Assembly: GCA_046262935.1 (NCBI GenBank)
Contig: JBHELT010000018.1
Coordinates: 1 to 63,698 of the forward strand
From: Actinomycetota bacterium
Lineage (GTDB): Bacteria; Actinomycetota; CADDZG01; JAHWKV01
Direction: 5' to 3'
Length of the DNA: 63,698 nt
Shown: piece after piece, positions 31,014-41,436 of the stretch
Numbering within the stretch: the stretch's first letter is position 1
Layout: each line of letters starts with the position of its first letter
Position numbers and translations under genes: made by a program
The notes under the pieces: model-generated
Databases searched by the model: none
What the model was told of the DNA's origin: nothing
The model's input: only the letters and a program-made list of their open reading frames with translations

Positions 31014-31343
31014 ATGAACATTACGACTTTGTCGATCATCGAAGCGTCGCTCCTTATCGTGGGCGCCGTCCTGGCCACTCGACTCACTCGATGGCTCTCG
31101 AAGAACGGGGACCGCAAGGTGGTTCTCATGGCATCGGTTGCCTCTTGGTTCATCTTGTTCGGGATGGTCCCGTTCTTGGTGTTCAGCCTCTTCGTCGCTT
31201 CGGCGAGAGGCACGGCTGCCTTACATGGCATCGGGACACTCGCCACATTCGTGCTGAACGTGATCCCTTTCGCACTGGTCGCTTCACCTCTCATCGGCTC
31301 GATCACGGGGTTCGTGCTCAGCCGGCACATGCAACGCGTATAA
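31014..31343 (+). CDS. Hypothetical membrane protein
   Basis: 109 aa, three hydrophobic segments, fills the uvrA-kynU gap. Confidence 0.55.
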   Translation: MNITTLSIIEASLLIVGAVLATRLTRWLSKNGDRKVVLMASVASWFILFGMVPFLVFSLFVASARGTAALHGIGTLATFVLNVIPFALVASPLIGSITGFVLSRHMQRV

Positions 31344-31356
31344 AGGCACCCCCAGA

Positions 31357-32616
31357 TTGCCCGATCGCAAAGATGCCGAGCACCTAGATTCCATCGATCC
31401 ACTGGCAGCCTATCGGAGCGAGTTCCGGATAGCGGACCCAGATCTCATCTACGTTGACGGCAACTCTCTCGGGCGTCTACCCGAAAGGACCATCGAAGCC
31501 GTATCGCGAACCGTAGCTGAGGACTGGGGTGAGGGGCTCGTGCGCTCGTGGCACGGATGGATAGACCTGCCTGCCTCCGTTGGCGACAAGATCGCTCCCT
31601 TGATCGGAGCTTCACCGGGGGAAGTCATCGTCGGCGATTCGACCAGTGTGAATCTCTACAAGTTGGCCAAGGCCGCACTAGCTCGGTCCCCTGCTCGGCG
31701 AACCATCGTGTGCGACACGGGCGATTTCCCAACAGACATCTACATCATGGAAGGGATCGCGCGCGATAGCGGCTGCCGCTTAGCGCGTATCGATCCAGAT
31801 CCGGTCCATGGAGTTGCTGCCGCCGACATCGAAATGGCATGCGCCGAGTACGCTGAGGATGTCGCGTTGGTGGTCCTTTCGCACGTCAATTATCGAAGTG
31901 GAGCGGTGGCCGACATGCACGCGATAACCCATGCGGCACACGCCGGCGGGGCGATGATGCTTTGGGACCTCAGCCACTCGGCGGGATCGATCGAGATTGA
32001 TCTTGGCTCTTCCGGTGCGGAGCTGGCTGTTGGCTGCACCTATAAGTACCTCAACGGCGGCCCTGGAGCGCCCGCTTACATGTTCGTGCGGCGCGAGACC
32101 CAAGACTCGTTGACCCAGCCGATCTGGGGTTGGTTCTCTCAACAAGACCAGTTCGGTTTCGCCGGCACATACCAGCCAGCCACCGGCATCCGTAAGTTCT
32201 TGGTCGGAACTCCGCCGATATTGTCGCTGGTAGCAGCGAGCGAGGGCATAGTCCTGGTATCCGAGGCAGGTGTTCCGGCGTTGAGGGCCAAGAACATCGC
32301 GCTCACCGAGATGATGATCGCGTTCTTCGACGAGCAGATGCATGAACTCGGGCTTAGCCTCGCAAGCCCCCGTGACGCTGACAAACGCGGCTCTCACGTT
32401 TCACTCTCGCACCCAGATGCTTACCGCATCTGCACCACTTTGATCGATCGATACCGCGTTGTGCCCGATTTCAGGGCGCCCGATGTCATCAGACTGGGGG
32501 TACCAGCCATCTACACCAGGTTCGTCGATGCATTCGATGCGATGGACCGCCTTGCGGCTTTACTGCGAGCTGGAGACCACGTCGGGTCCCCAGGCGAGAG
32601 AGCCCGCGTCACTTAG
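31357..32616 (+). CDS. kynU: Kynureninase
   Basis: YVDGNSLG, WDLSHSAG, GCTYKYLNGGPGAP, RGSHVS. Confidence 0.95.
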   Translation: MPDRKDAEHLDSIDPLAAYRSEFRIADPDLIYVDGNSLGRLPERTIEAVSRTVAEDWGEGLVRSWHGWIDLPASVGDKIAPLIGASPGEVIVGDSTSVNLYKLAKAALARSPARRTIVCDTGDFPTDIYIMEGIARDSGCRLARIDPDPVHGVAAADIEMACAEYAEDVALVVLSHVNYRSGAVADMHAITHAAHAGGAMMLWDLSHSAGSIEIDLGSSGAELAVGCTYKYLNGGPGAPAYMFVRRETQDSLTQPIWGWFSQQDQFGFAGTYQPATGIRKFLVGTPPILSLVAASEGIVLVSEAGVPALRAKNIALTEMMIAFFDEQMHELGLSLASPRDADKRGSHVSLSHPDAYRICTTLIDRYRVVPDFRAPDVIRLGVPAIYTRFVDAFDAMDRLAALLRAGDHVGSPGERARVT

Positions 32617-33649
32617 CCCTATGAACTAACATGGGCGCCGCCAGATTTGAGATATCCACTGATGGATCACCATCGACGATGATGAAGTTGGCCGTGGCTC
32701 CCGGTTCGATAAGACCAACGTCGTGCAGGCCCAGGTGGATGGCGGCTGAAGATGTGGCCGAGGCGATAACGTCATGGGCACTCATCCCGATCTGCATCAT
32801 CAAACGCAACTCATCGACATCGATGCCCGCCGGTGGACCACTGTTGCCCATGTCTGTTCCGTAGACGAACGGGGCTCCAGCCTCGAAAAGTCGCCGCGTA
32901 TTTGCCAGTCGCACCTCGGACGGGTCAATGTGCAGCGTAGGAACGATAGTCATCGAGCCCGCTATCGCGTTTACCAGATCATCGCTCAACGGCTCATCGC
33001 TCCAAAGACCGTGGGCAAGTTCATCCACTCCTGCTTCTAAGGCGATGTGCAATTGGGCCACACTGCTGCAATGACTCGTGACGCGAAGTCCCAGCCCGTG
33101 AGCCGTTTCAACCACCGCGCCAAGTTCCGCTGGGTCCAAGGTAGGACCAGACTGAGGAGCCTGCGCTACCTTGATGATGCATGCTCCCATCGATGCGATC
33201 ATCGCCACCGCGTCAACTGCGGCCGGTGCACCGGATACTTCGAGGCCTGTGCCCGGCGGAGCCCACCTTGCCTGGGTTGGATATCCACCGACCGCAGTGA
33301 TCATGGGCCCGGCGCAAAGAAGCTGTGGGCCTGCGTCCGGATCGGCTATCAGTTCGCGTGCCAGTGTGAAGATCTCCATTAACGGCCACCCGAGATCACG
33401 AGCCGTGGTCACACCCCCTGCTAAGACACGCTTTGGGTTGAAGAACCCGATGTGAACGTGGGCATCTATGAAGCCGGGCAACAAGAATTTGCCTTCGTAT
33501 GCTGCGCCCTCGGTACCCGGGGGCCCCAGGTGCAAAGAGTCCGTGATGCTGTGGAAGACGCCATCGCGAACCACTACGTCCTTGAGTTGGGCTGACCCAG
33601 AGGCATCGATGACCGAAACGCCGGTCAGAACAAGGTCTTCGTCGTTCAG
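32609..33649 (-). CDS. Amidohydrolase family protein (probable CTG start)
   Basis: LPGFIDAHVH, GVTTARDLG, GTDMG, GLIEPG. Confidence 0.85.
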   Translation of the reverse strand: MNDEDLVLTGVSVIDASGSAQLKDVVVRDGVFHSITDSLHLGPPGTEGAAYEGKFLLPGFIDAHVHIGFFNPKRVLAGGVTTARDLGWPLMEIFTLARELIADPDAGPQLLCAGPMITAVGGYPTQARWAPPGTGLEVSGAPAAVDAVAMIASMGACIIKVAQAPQSGPTLDPAELGAVVETAHGLGLRVTSHCSSVAQLHIALEAGVDELAHGLWSDEPLSDDLVNAIAGSMTIVPTLHIDPSEVRLANTRRLFEAGAPFVYGTDMGNSGPPAGIDVDELRLMMQIGMSAHDVIASATSSAAIHLGLHDVGLIEPGATANFIIVDGDPSVDISNLAAPMLVHRAK

Positions 33650-34101
33650 GCTGAACTCGCGTCGATAGCGCGTTTGTACGCTATGGCGTCGCCCAATGCC
33701 GCCCCGAAACCTACTAGCAGGATACTGAAGCCGGGGATGAACGCGATCAGATGAAATGTTGAAACCCCGATACCAGCAACCAGCCCAACCAGCCCGCCGG
33801 CCAACGAGGAACGGAATCTGGACCTCGTGATGACAACGCCAGCGATCTTTGGCGTCATCCACGTACCGAATGCGATGCCAACGCAGCCCCCGATGATGGC
33901 CCCCAGGACCAGTCCCGAACCGGCACTGCCGAGGGCGCGTCCAAGGAACGCGCCGATCACCGAGGTGCCTATCGAAGCAGCGGCAGCCGATGCACAAACG
34001 ACTGCTATCAGCATCACCGGATAGCCTCGGCTGCGATGAGAACCAACGGATCGGTCGCCGGTTCCGCCGGTTGATGGATCGGGTATCGATGGATCAGGCA
34101 A
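33646..34101 (-). CDS. Gly-rich hypothetical membrane protein
   Basis: Four hydrophobic segments; coupled to the uvrB end. Confidence 0.6.
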   Translation of the reverse strand: MPDPSIPDPSTGGTGDRSVGSHRSRGYPVMLIAVVCASAAAASIGTSVIGAFLGRALGSAGSGLVLGAIIGGCVGIAFGTWMTPKIAGVVITRSRFRSSLAGGLVGLVAGIGVSTFHLIAFIPGFSILLVGFGAALGDAIAYKRAIDASSA

Positions 34102-36094
34102 GGGCTTTCAACTCTCTTTTCAGGTCCGAGATCTCATCGCGGAGTCTGGCAGCGTATTCGAACTTGAGTTCCTTCGCTGCCTCATGCATCTCCTCTTCTA
34201 AAGAGATCACCAGACGGGTCAGTTCGTCTTTCGGTAGTGCAACCGTGTCGGCGCGGCGATCACGACGGCGCTTGCCTCTGGGCAGCGGCGTTGTGTCCGA
34301 CCGCGCGGTCAGCAAGATGTCGGAGATGTTCTTGCGGATGGTCTGAGGGTCTATGCCGTGCTCCAGGTTGTACTCGATCTGGATCTTTCGACGACGGGTT
34401 GCCTCGGAGATCGCTCGACGCATCGAATCTGTGACGCGATCTGCATACATGATCACCTGCCCGTCGACGTTACGCGCTGCCCTTCCCATGGTTTGTATCA
34501 GCGACGTCTCCGAACGAAGGAACCCTTCTTTGTCGGCATCCAATATCGCTACCAGTGCAACCTCGGGTAAGTCGAGCCCTTCGCGAAGCAGGTTGATCCC
34601 AACCAGAACGTCGAATTCGCCCAGCCGCAGATCACGAAGTATCTCGATTCGCTGGATGGTGTCGATGTCGGAATGCAGATACCTCACTTTGACTCCCGAC
34701 TCAAGAAGGTAGTCGGTTAGGTCTTCGGACATCTTCTTGGTCAACGTTGTGATCAGAACACGTTGTTCCGATTCGACCCTGAGTGAGATCTCATGCATGA
34801 GGTCATCGATCTGGCCCTTGGTTGGCTTGACGATGACTTCGGGATCGACCAAGCCTGTTGGCCTTACGATTTGTTCAACTATGTTTTTCGACACCTTCAG
34901 TTCATACGGGCTGGGCGTGGCGGACATGAAGATCACATCGCCAACGCGCTCGATGAATTCGTCGAATCGCAGTGGCCTGTTGTCCATCGCCGATGGAAGC
35001 CTGAACCCGTGTTCAACCAGGGCCTCCTTCCGGCTGCGGTCCCCTTCGTACATCGCATGCAATTGCGGCACCGTAACGTGCGACTCGTCGATGATCACGA
35101 GGAAATCCTTCGGGAAGTAATCGAGCAGGGTATTGGCTGGCGAACCGGCCGGTCGATCGTCGATGTGACGAGAGTAATTCTCGATCCCATTGCAGAACCC
35201 CACCTGTTGAAGCATCTCCAGGTCGTACTCGGTACGCATGCGCAACCGCTGCGCTTCTAGAAGCTTGCCTTTCGACTCAAACTCGGCCAGCCGCTCTTTC
35301 AGTTCGGCCTCGATGGCCCCCACCGCGCGGTTCATTCGAGCCGTTGAAGCGACGTAGTGTGACGCGGGAAAGATCGTCAACTCCTGTGTTTCCCCTAACA
35401 TCTCCCCCGTCAACGGATCCATCTTCACGATCCTTTCGACGTTGTCACCGAACAGTTCCACCCTGATGCCCGTTTCTTCATAGGCCGGGAAGATGTCGAT
35501 GGTGTCGCCCCTGACACGGAACTTGCCTCTGATGAAATTGAGTTCGTTGCGTTCGTAGGCGATATCAACAAGCTTGCGCAGGATGGCCTCTTGGGAGATC
35601 TCTTGACCAATCTTTAGGCGCAAGAGCTGACCTTCGTACTCCTCAGGCGAACCAAGACCATAGATGCAAGAAACACTTGCGACGATGATGACGTCGCGTC
35701 TAGACAGCAGGGCCGACGTGGCCGAGTGTCGCAGCCGGTCGATCTCGTCGTTCACTGAAGAGTCTTTCTCGATGTATGTATCGCTGGAGGCGATGTAAGC
35801 CTCGGGCTGGTAGTAGTCGTAATAGGAAACGAAGTATTCAACCGCGTTGTTGGGGAAGAACTCCTTGAATTCGTTGGTTAACTGGGCCGCTAGGCTCTTG
35901 TTCGGAGCGATAACCAGGGTTGGCCGCTGGGCCTCGGCGATCACTCCAGAAACGGTGAAGCTTTTACCCGAACCGGTGATCCCAAGCAGGGTCTGCCGGT
36001 CGAGTCCGCGACTTAGACCGTCGAGCAATCCTGCGATTGCCTGGGGCTGGTCGCCGCTTGGCTCGAAGTCAGAAACGATCTTGAACGGTTGCAT
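34094..36094 (-). CDS. uvrB: Excinuclease ABC subunit B
   Basis: [32 protein letters not shown]; ATG 36094. Confidence 0.98.
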   Translation of the reverse strand: MQPFKIVSDFEPSGDQPQAIAGLLDGLSRGLDRQTLLGITGSGKSFTVSGVIAEAQRPTLVIAPNKSLAAQLTNEFKEFFPNNAVEYFVSYYDYYQPEAYIASSDTYIEKDSSVNDEIDRLRHSATSALLSRRDVIIVASVSCIYGLGSPEEYEGQLLRLKIGQEISQEAILRKLVDIAYERNELNFIRGKFRVRGDTIDIFPAYEETGIRVELFGDNVERIVKMDPLTGEMLGETQELTIFPASHYVASTARMNRAVGAIEAELKERLAEFESKGKLLEAQRLRMRTEYDLEMLQQVGFCNGIENYSRHIDDRPAGSPANTLLDYFPKDFLVIIDESHVTVPQLHAMYEGDRSRKEALVEHGFRLPSAMDNRPLRFDEFIERVGDVIFMSATPSPYELKVSKNIVEQIVRPTGLVDPEVIVKPTKGQIDDLMHEISLRVESEQRVLITTLTKKMSEDLTDYLLESGVKVRYLHSDIDTIQRIEILRDLRLGEFDVLVGINLLREGLDLPEVALVAILDADKEGFLRSETSLIQTMGRAARNVDGQVIMYADRVTDSMRRAISEATRRRKIQIEYNLEHGIDPQTIRKNISDILLTARSDTTPLPRGKRRRDRRADTVALPKDELTRLVISLEEEMHEAAKELKFEYAARLRDEISDLKRELKALA

Positions 36095-36810
36095 CAATCC
36101 ATCCCCAAGAGTGAAGGCAATTCTTCGAGTGTTTGTATCCTGGCGCCTTCGAACGAGGTGTGCAGATCTCTTCGGTCTATCAGCACCGGTGTCATCCCGA
36201 CTGCCGCCGATGCCTCGACATCGTTTCGGATGCTGTCGCCAACGTAAACGCTTTCTTGCGCGCTCACACCGGCACGCTCTAACGCAAGGTTGAAGATGCC
36301 GGCATCTGGCTTTTCTATACCTTCTTTGCCCGATATCACCACGACGTCGAAAAGGGGATCTACCTCCATCTCGATCAGCATGCCTTCGAGCCATTCCTCG
36401 AAGTTCGAGATCAGGCCAAGCACGAGGCCCGTGTCTTTCATCAGGCTCAGAGTGGGGACCGCATCGGGGAAGAGACGATACGACTCGGAGCGGGTGAATG
36501 TCTCGTACAGTGCCGAAGCGTAGGACCCATCGAGATCGGCCAATCCCAGCTCAGCGAATGCGAGGGCATAGACCCGGCTCCAGAATTCGTATGAAACTTC
36601 CCGCGAAGTCGTCCAAGCCGAGGTCCCCATGTGCTCCAAGACCTGGGCGAACGAGGGACCGATGGCGGTGAACGCGCTCGTGACATCGGCGACGTCGACC
36701 TCGACACCTTTTCGAGCAAGCACGCCGGCGAAGATCTCTTGGAATGACGGATGCGGAGCAAGCAGGGTCTCGCCTGCATCGAAGAAGACCGCCCGGTATT
36801 TCACAGTCAA
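36094..36810 (-). CDS. HAD-IA family hydrolase
   Basis: [24 protein letters not shown]. Confidence 0.88.
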   Translation of the reverse strand: MTVKYRAVFFDAGETLLAPHPSFQEIFAGVLARKGVEVDVADVTSAFTAIGPSFAQVLEHMGTSAWTTSREVSYEFWSRVYALAFAELGLADLDGSYASALYETFTRSESYRLFPDAVPTLSLMKDTGLVLGLISNFEEWLEGMLIEMEVDPLFDVVVISGKEGIEKPDAGIFNLALERAGVSAQESVYVGDSIRNDVEASAAVGMTPVLIDRRDLHTSFEGARIQTLEELPSLLGMD

Positions 36811-37445
36811 CCCTTCGATCGGATAGCCAGTGTCAGTTCGCCCCAAAGAGTCTCGACGCTCTTGGTGAGCGACTCGATGGTGCCTCGATTGTGAATCACA
36901 TAGTCGGCGACCGCCAACTTGCGTTCGATGGGCCCCTGCGCCTGCATCCGCGCTCTTGCATCGGTTACCGACAAATCGCGATTGGCTATCGCCCGCGCGA
37001 TCTGATCTTCGGGCTCGGCTGATACAACAACCAGCGCGTCAAGGGCAAGCGGGCCAACCGCGGTCCCTTCCCGCGCATGCCTGGCAGACATCTCAACAAG
37101 CAGTGCCGCATCCACGACAACAACGCAATCGGTGCTCTGTCGTTCTGCGATCAGTTCGAGGATGCGAGCCGTGATCTGCGGGTGCGATATCGATTCGAGT
37201 TCGGCCAACTTGGCTGCATCGGAGAACACGATCGCAGCAACTTTCGTCCGGTCGATGTCGCCTCGTTCATCGAGTATTCCGTTGCCGAACACTTCGATCG
37301 CCTTAGCGTACCCGGGTCCCCCGCGAGAAAGCACCCAATGACCGATCTCGTCGGCGTCGATAACGATCGCCCCTTTGGCCTGCAGCAAGCGCGCAACCGT
37401 CGTCTTCCCGGATGCGATGCCGCCGGTTAGACCTACGAGATACAT
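36807..37445 (-). CDS. coaE: Dephospho-CoA kinase
   Basis: GLTGGIASGKT, IDADEI; rpsA-coaE-uvrB synteny. Confidence 0.95.
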   Translation of the reverse strand: MYLVGLTGGIASGKTTVARLLQAKGAIVIDADEIGHWVLSRGGPGYAKAIEVFGNGILDERGDIDRTKVAAIVFSDAAKLAELESISHPQITARILELIAERQSTDCVVVVDAALLVEMSARHAREGTAVGPLALDALVVVSAEPEDQIARAIANRDLSVTDARARMQAQGPIERKLAVADYVIHNRGTIESLTKSVETLWGELTLAIRSKG

Positions 37446-37473
37446 GCGCGGACCCTCTTTAGGTACTGCTCGT

Positions 37474-39060
37474 TTAGGTACGGTCCCGCTTCATATCCTC
37501 GAGGATCGATTCGAGGGACTCCTCGGGAGCATCGGTCGTGCTGTCCAACATCTCGCCAGCCAGCTCCGGCTCCGCAGGTTTCGGCTCAGGCTGAACCTCC
37601 GGTTGAACTTCGGTTTCAGACTGGGCAGTCGCCGCTTCAGGCTGGATCTCTGTCGTGGCTTCGGGCTGGATCTCTGGCGCCGCTTCGGGCGTCGCCGCCT
37701 CTGTCGTGGCTTCGGGCGTCGCCGCCTCGACCTGCTGTGAAGCATCATCAGCCGCGGCAACAACTGGCTCGGGAGCCGATCCTGCTTGGATGTCGGCTTC
37801 GATCCTCGCCACAGCCGGCTCCGTCTCGGCCGAAGACTCACCAGCAGGCACTTGCGCTGGTTCCATCTCGAACTCGGGAGTTGCCGGGGCTTCTGGTTTG
37901 GGGGCTACCGTGGAGGTTGAATACGTCGCGATGGTTGAAGGCTCAGAAGCCTGTTTCAGCGAAAGGCTGATCCGCCTGCGCTCGAGGTCGATGTCGATGA
38001 CTTTCACCTCAACCTCGGAGTCCAGAGCCACTACCTGCTCAGGCAGTTCCACATGCGCATCTGACAACTCCGAGATATGCACAAGGCCTTCTATGCCATC
38101 CGCGACTTGTACGAACACTCCGAAGGGAACCAGTTTCGTGACCTTGCCAGTAACGACGTCGCCCATCTTGTTCGTCCTGGCGAAAGCCTGCCAAGGATCC
38201 TCTTGGGTGTTCTTCAACGAAAGCGAAACGCGATCGCGGTCTAGTTCGACCGTAAGAACTTCGACGTTTACTTCCTGTCCGACTTGTATCACTTCGCTTG
38301 GGTGATCGACGTGCCGCCAGGATAGTTCCGACACATGGATCAGCCCATCTACGCCGCCGAGGTCTACGAACGCTCCGAAGTTCACGATCGATGAGATGAC
38401 TCCGACTCGCTTCTCGCCTGGCTTCAGGTTCTCGAGGAACTCTTTGCGTTGTTCCGAGTGGGCTTCTTCGAGGAATGCCCGTCGCGAAAGGACAACGTTG
38501 TTGCGATTCTTGTCGAGTTCGATGATCTTGCATTCGAGCTCTTTGCCAATGAATTGCTGAAGGTCGCGTACACGTCGCAACTCAACTAATGAAGCCGGAA
38601 GGAAGCCGCGAAGCCCGATGTCCAGGATGAGCCCGCCCTTTACCACTTCGATCACGGTCCCCTTGACGATCTCGCCAGCGCGCTTGATGTCTTCGATGCG
38701 TCCCCAAGCGCGTTCGTAACTCGCACGCTTCTTGGAAAGGATGAGGCGCCCTTCTTTGTCTTCCTTCTGAAGCACGAGTGCCTCGATATGCTCGCCGATC
38801 GAAACGATCTCGCTCGGGTCAACGTCGTTGCGTATCGATAGTTCGCGCGCTGGTATGACGCCCTCGGACTTGTATCCGATATCTACGAGGACCTCTTCCT
38901 TGTCGATCTTCACGATGGTTCCGGCAACAAGGTCGCCATCGGAGAACGGTTTGATGGTGGCATCGATGGCGGCCATGAGCTCCTCCATCGAAGTGCCTAT
39001 ATCGTTGAAAGTGATGCTTGTGTCGCGGTCAGCAGATACATCAGGTGCTTGGGATGACAA
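37474..39060 (-). CDS. rpsA: 30S ribosomal protein S1 with long acidic C-terminal tail
   Basis: DIGYKSEGVIP, RGFLPAS, GLIHVSELSW, four S1 domains. Confidence 0.97.
   Translation of the reverse strand: MSSQAPDVSADRDTSITFNDIGTSMEELMAAIDATIKPFSDGDLVAGTIVKIDKEEVLVDIGYKSEGVIPARELSIRNDVDPSEIVSIGEHIEALVLQKEDKEGRLILSKKRASYERAWGRIEDIKRAGEIVKGTVIEVVKGGLILDIGLRGFLPASLVELRRVRDLQQFIGKELECKIIELDKNRNNVVLSRRAFLEEAHSEQRKEFLENLKPGEKRVGVISSIVNFGAFVDLGGVDGLIHVSELSWRHVDHPSEVIQVGQEVNVEVLTVELDRDRVSLSLKNTQEDPWQAFARTNKMGDVVTGKVTKLVPFGVFVQVADGIEGLVHISELSDAHVELPEQVVALDSEVEVKVIDIDLERRRISLSLKQASEPSTIATYSTSTVAPKPEAPATPEFEMEPAQVPAGESSAETEPAVARIEADIQAGSAPEPVVAAADDASQQVEAATPEATTEAATPEAAPEIQPEATTEIQPEAATAQSETEVQPEVQPEPKPAEPELAGEMLDSTTDAPEESLESILEDMKRDRT
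37590..37732 (-). repeat. Short coding tandem repeats in the rpsA tail (EAATPEATT, EIQPE, EVQP); boundaries approximate
   Basis: Repeated CTCTGTCGTGGCTTCGGGC and CTGGATCTCTG units. Confidence 0.7.
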
Positions 39061-39227
39061 CGTTTTGCTCCTTCTTGCCCCGTTGGGGCTGGCGTACTCT
39101 CCCGGATGAACGAACGTTCGGGAGGCTGGATGAGTTTAGCACCAGCCGTTCGGCTGCGGCGGCCATGTGCACGGACGATCACCAGGGGTGACTTGAGCCC
39201 TTGAAACGTTCACCTCTCAGGGCTCGT

Positions 39228-39255
39228 TTGACATAACTAACCGGTTAGTTACACT
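39228..39255 (+). promoter_or_regulatory. Promoter with TetR operator
   Basis: TTGACA-16-TACACT overlapping the perfect palindrome TAACTAACCGGTTAGTTA (39234-39251). Confidence 0.8.
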
Positions 39256-39263
39256 GGACGGCC

Positions 39264-39878
39264 ATGACACGCGACTCGACCGCAACAAGGTCCAAGATCT
39301 TAGATGCAGCATTCGAAGAGTTCACAGCCAAAGGCTTCTCGGGCACCCGCGTCGACGACATCGCGAACAAGGCTGGCGTGAACAAGGCGCTTCTCTACCA
39401 GTACTACGGAGACAAGGATGCCCTTTACCGCAACGTTCTTCGGTGCAAGATGGGCGAGATCCACAAGGAAGTCGGATCAGGAGATCCGCTAGAGATCGTC
39501 GGACGTTTCTTCGATTTCCACGCGTCGAATCCGTGGATGGCTCGCCTTACGCAATGGGAATCGCTCTCGAACGATGAGCGTGAACTATGCGACGAGGTCT
39601 CGCGAAAGAAGCGCTTCGCCGAGCACGTGAAGTCATTGAAACAAGCCCAGAAAGACGGGCGGATCGATCCCTGCCTCGATGCGGAGCAGACCCTGATCAC
39701 CTTGATGGCCATCGTGACCTACTGGTTCTTGTCACCGCAGGTCATTCGGATGATCACGAGCAAAGATCCTTACTCGCCTCGGGAGATAGCCAAGAGGCGC
39801 AAACACGTCATCGAATCAGCTCGCAGATTACTTGCCCCAACCGATCCGAAAGGAGTGCCCGATGCCATTCGCAGGTGA
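39264..39878 (+). CDS. TetR/AcrR family regulator
   Basis: ILDAA.EEF..KGF.GT.VDDIA..AGV.K.LLY.YY HTH. Confidence 0.92.
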   Translation: MTRDSTATRSKILDAAFEEFTAKGFSGTRVDDIANKAGVNKALLYQYYGDKDALYRNVLRCKMGEIHKEVGSGDPLEIVGRFFDFHASNPWMARLTQWESLSNDERELCDEVSRKKRFAEHVKSLKQAQKDGRIDPCLDAEQTLITLMAIVTYWFLSPQVIRMITSKDPYSPREIAKRRKHVIESARRLLAPTDPKGVPDAIRR

Positions 39879-41436
39879 GAACAAGAGAGAAAAAGTGATC
39901 GTGTTGTTCACGATGTGCATCGCGCTGTTCATGGCGATGCTCGACAACACAGTTGTCAACGTTGCCTTGCCAACCCTCAGCCGCAAACTGGGGGCCGGAG
40001 TGAGCGGACTTCAATGGATCGTAGATGGTTACGTTCTTGCTTTCGCCAGCCTGCTTCTCACCGGGGGGATCATGGGCGACCGATACGGCCGCAAGAAGAT
40101 GTTCCTCGCCGGCCTTGGCTTATTCACGCTCTCATCACTGTTATGCGGACTATCTGGCTCGACCGGGCAACTCGTGGCATTCCGTGCATTGCAAGGCGTT
40201 GGGGCGGCGTTATTGATGCCAGGTACGCTTTCGATCCTTACGGTCACATTTCCAGCCGAAGAGCGCGCGCAGGCCATCGGCATCTGGGCCGGAGTTTCGG
40301 GTTTGGCCCTTGCGCTTGGACCAACAGCTGGCGGATGGCTCGTCGAGCACGTCGGTTGGCAGTCGGTGTTCTTTTTGAATGTACCCATCGGTTTCGTAGG
40401 TTTCCTGATCGCGTCGCGGACCGTGAAGGAGTCGCGCGCCCCCCATGCCCGTTCCCTCGACCTGATCGGTCTCGGACTCGGAACCCTCGCGCTGGTTAGC
40501 GTTACCTATGGGTTGATCGAGGCCAACCAGAAAGGCTGGAGCGACCCTGTGATCGTGGGGGCGCTCGTTGCCGCTGCGATCCTCTTCGCAGTGTTCATCG
40601 TCTTCGAGGGCCGCAATCCCAAGGCGATGATGCCCTTATCGTTCTTTCGTTATCCCGCGTTCTCGGCAGGAAACTTCGTTGCCTTTGCCGTGTCGCTTGG
40701 GCTTTTCGGTACCTTCTTCTTCTTGAGCCTTTACATGCAACTCGTACGTGGTTACTCTCCACTGCAGGCGGGGGTTCGTTTCCTGCCGATGACTTTGATG
40801 ATCGTCGTCACCGCTCCCAATGCTGGCAAGCTGGCCCAAAGGCGCGGCTCGCGCCTTCCGATGTCGATAGGCCTGACATTGGCTGCATTCGGGCTTGGCG
40901 CGATGAGCTTGTTGGGCGCAACGACTTCATTCGCTTACGCGATCCCATTGTTGATGATGATGGGAGTTGGCATGGGCATGACCATGACCCCCATGACCGC
41001 CGCGGTTATGAACGCGGTTGGCCCTGCCCGCGCAGGTTTGGGCTCGGCTACCACGAACACCTCGCGTGAGGTGGGGGGTGTCTTTGGGATCGCGCTCTTG
41101 GGAACCTTGCTCACGACCAAACTCAAGTCATCGATAACCGCGAAACTCGCAACGAGTGGTCTTGGGTTCACCCAGAAAGCGGCCGTTATCGCTGCAGCCG
41201 GTCACGGTCGAGTGACCCCTGGGCTGTTCAAAGGGATGACACTTCAGCAAGTTATCTTGGTGCGCACTTCGTTCGCATCTTCTTTCATCGAGGGCTTCCA
41301 TATCACCGTGCTCGTGGGGGCTTCGATGCTTTTGCTTGCAGCGGTGGTCGCCAACAGGTTCATTCCCTCGGCCGTTCACAGTTCGGAGCACGAACAAGCT
41401 CGAGACGAAGAAGCTGCCCTAGCCGCAGGACACTAA
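39862..41436 (+). CDS. MFS DHA2 (EmrB/QacA) efflux transporter
   Basis: LDNTVVNVALP, WIVDGY, GDRYGRK, WQSVFFLNVP. Confidence 0.93.
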   Translation: MPFAGENKREKVIVLFTMCIALFMAMLDNTVVNVALPTLSRKLGAGVSGLQWIVDGYVLAFASLLLTGGIMGDRYGRKKMFLAGLGLFTLSSLLCGLSGSTGQLVAFRALQGVGAALLMPGTLSILTVTFPAEERAQAIGIWAGVSGLALALGPTAGGWLVEHVGWQSVFFLNVPIGFVGFLIASRTVKESRAPHARSLDLIGLGLGTLALVSVTYGLIEANQKGWSDPVIVGALVAAAILFAVFIVFEGRNPKAMMPLSFFRYPAFSAGNFVAFAVSLGLFGTFFFLSLYMQLVRGYSPLQAGVRFLPMTLMIVVTAPNAGKLAQRRGSRLPMSIGLTLAAFGLGAMSLLGATTSFAYAIPLLMMMGVGMGMTMTPMTAAVMNAVGPARAGLGSATTNTSREVGGVFGIALLGTLLTTKLKSSITAKLATSGLGFTQKAAVIAAAGHGRVTPGLFKGMTLQQVILVRTSFASSFIEGFHITVLVGASMLLLAAVVANRFIPSAVHSSEHEQARDEEAALAAGH

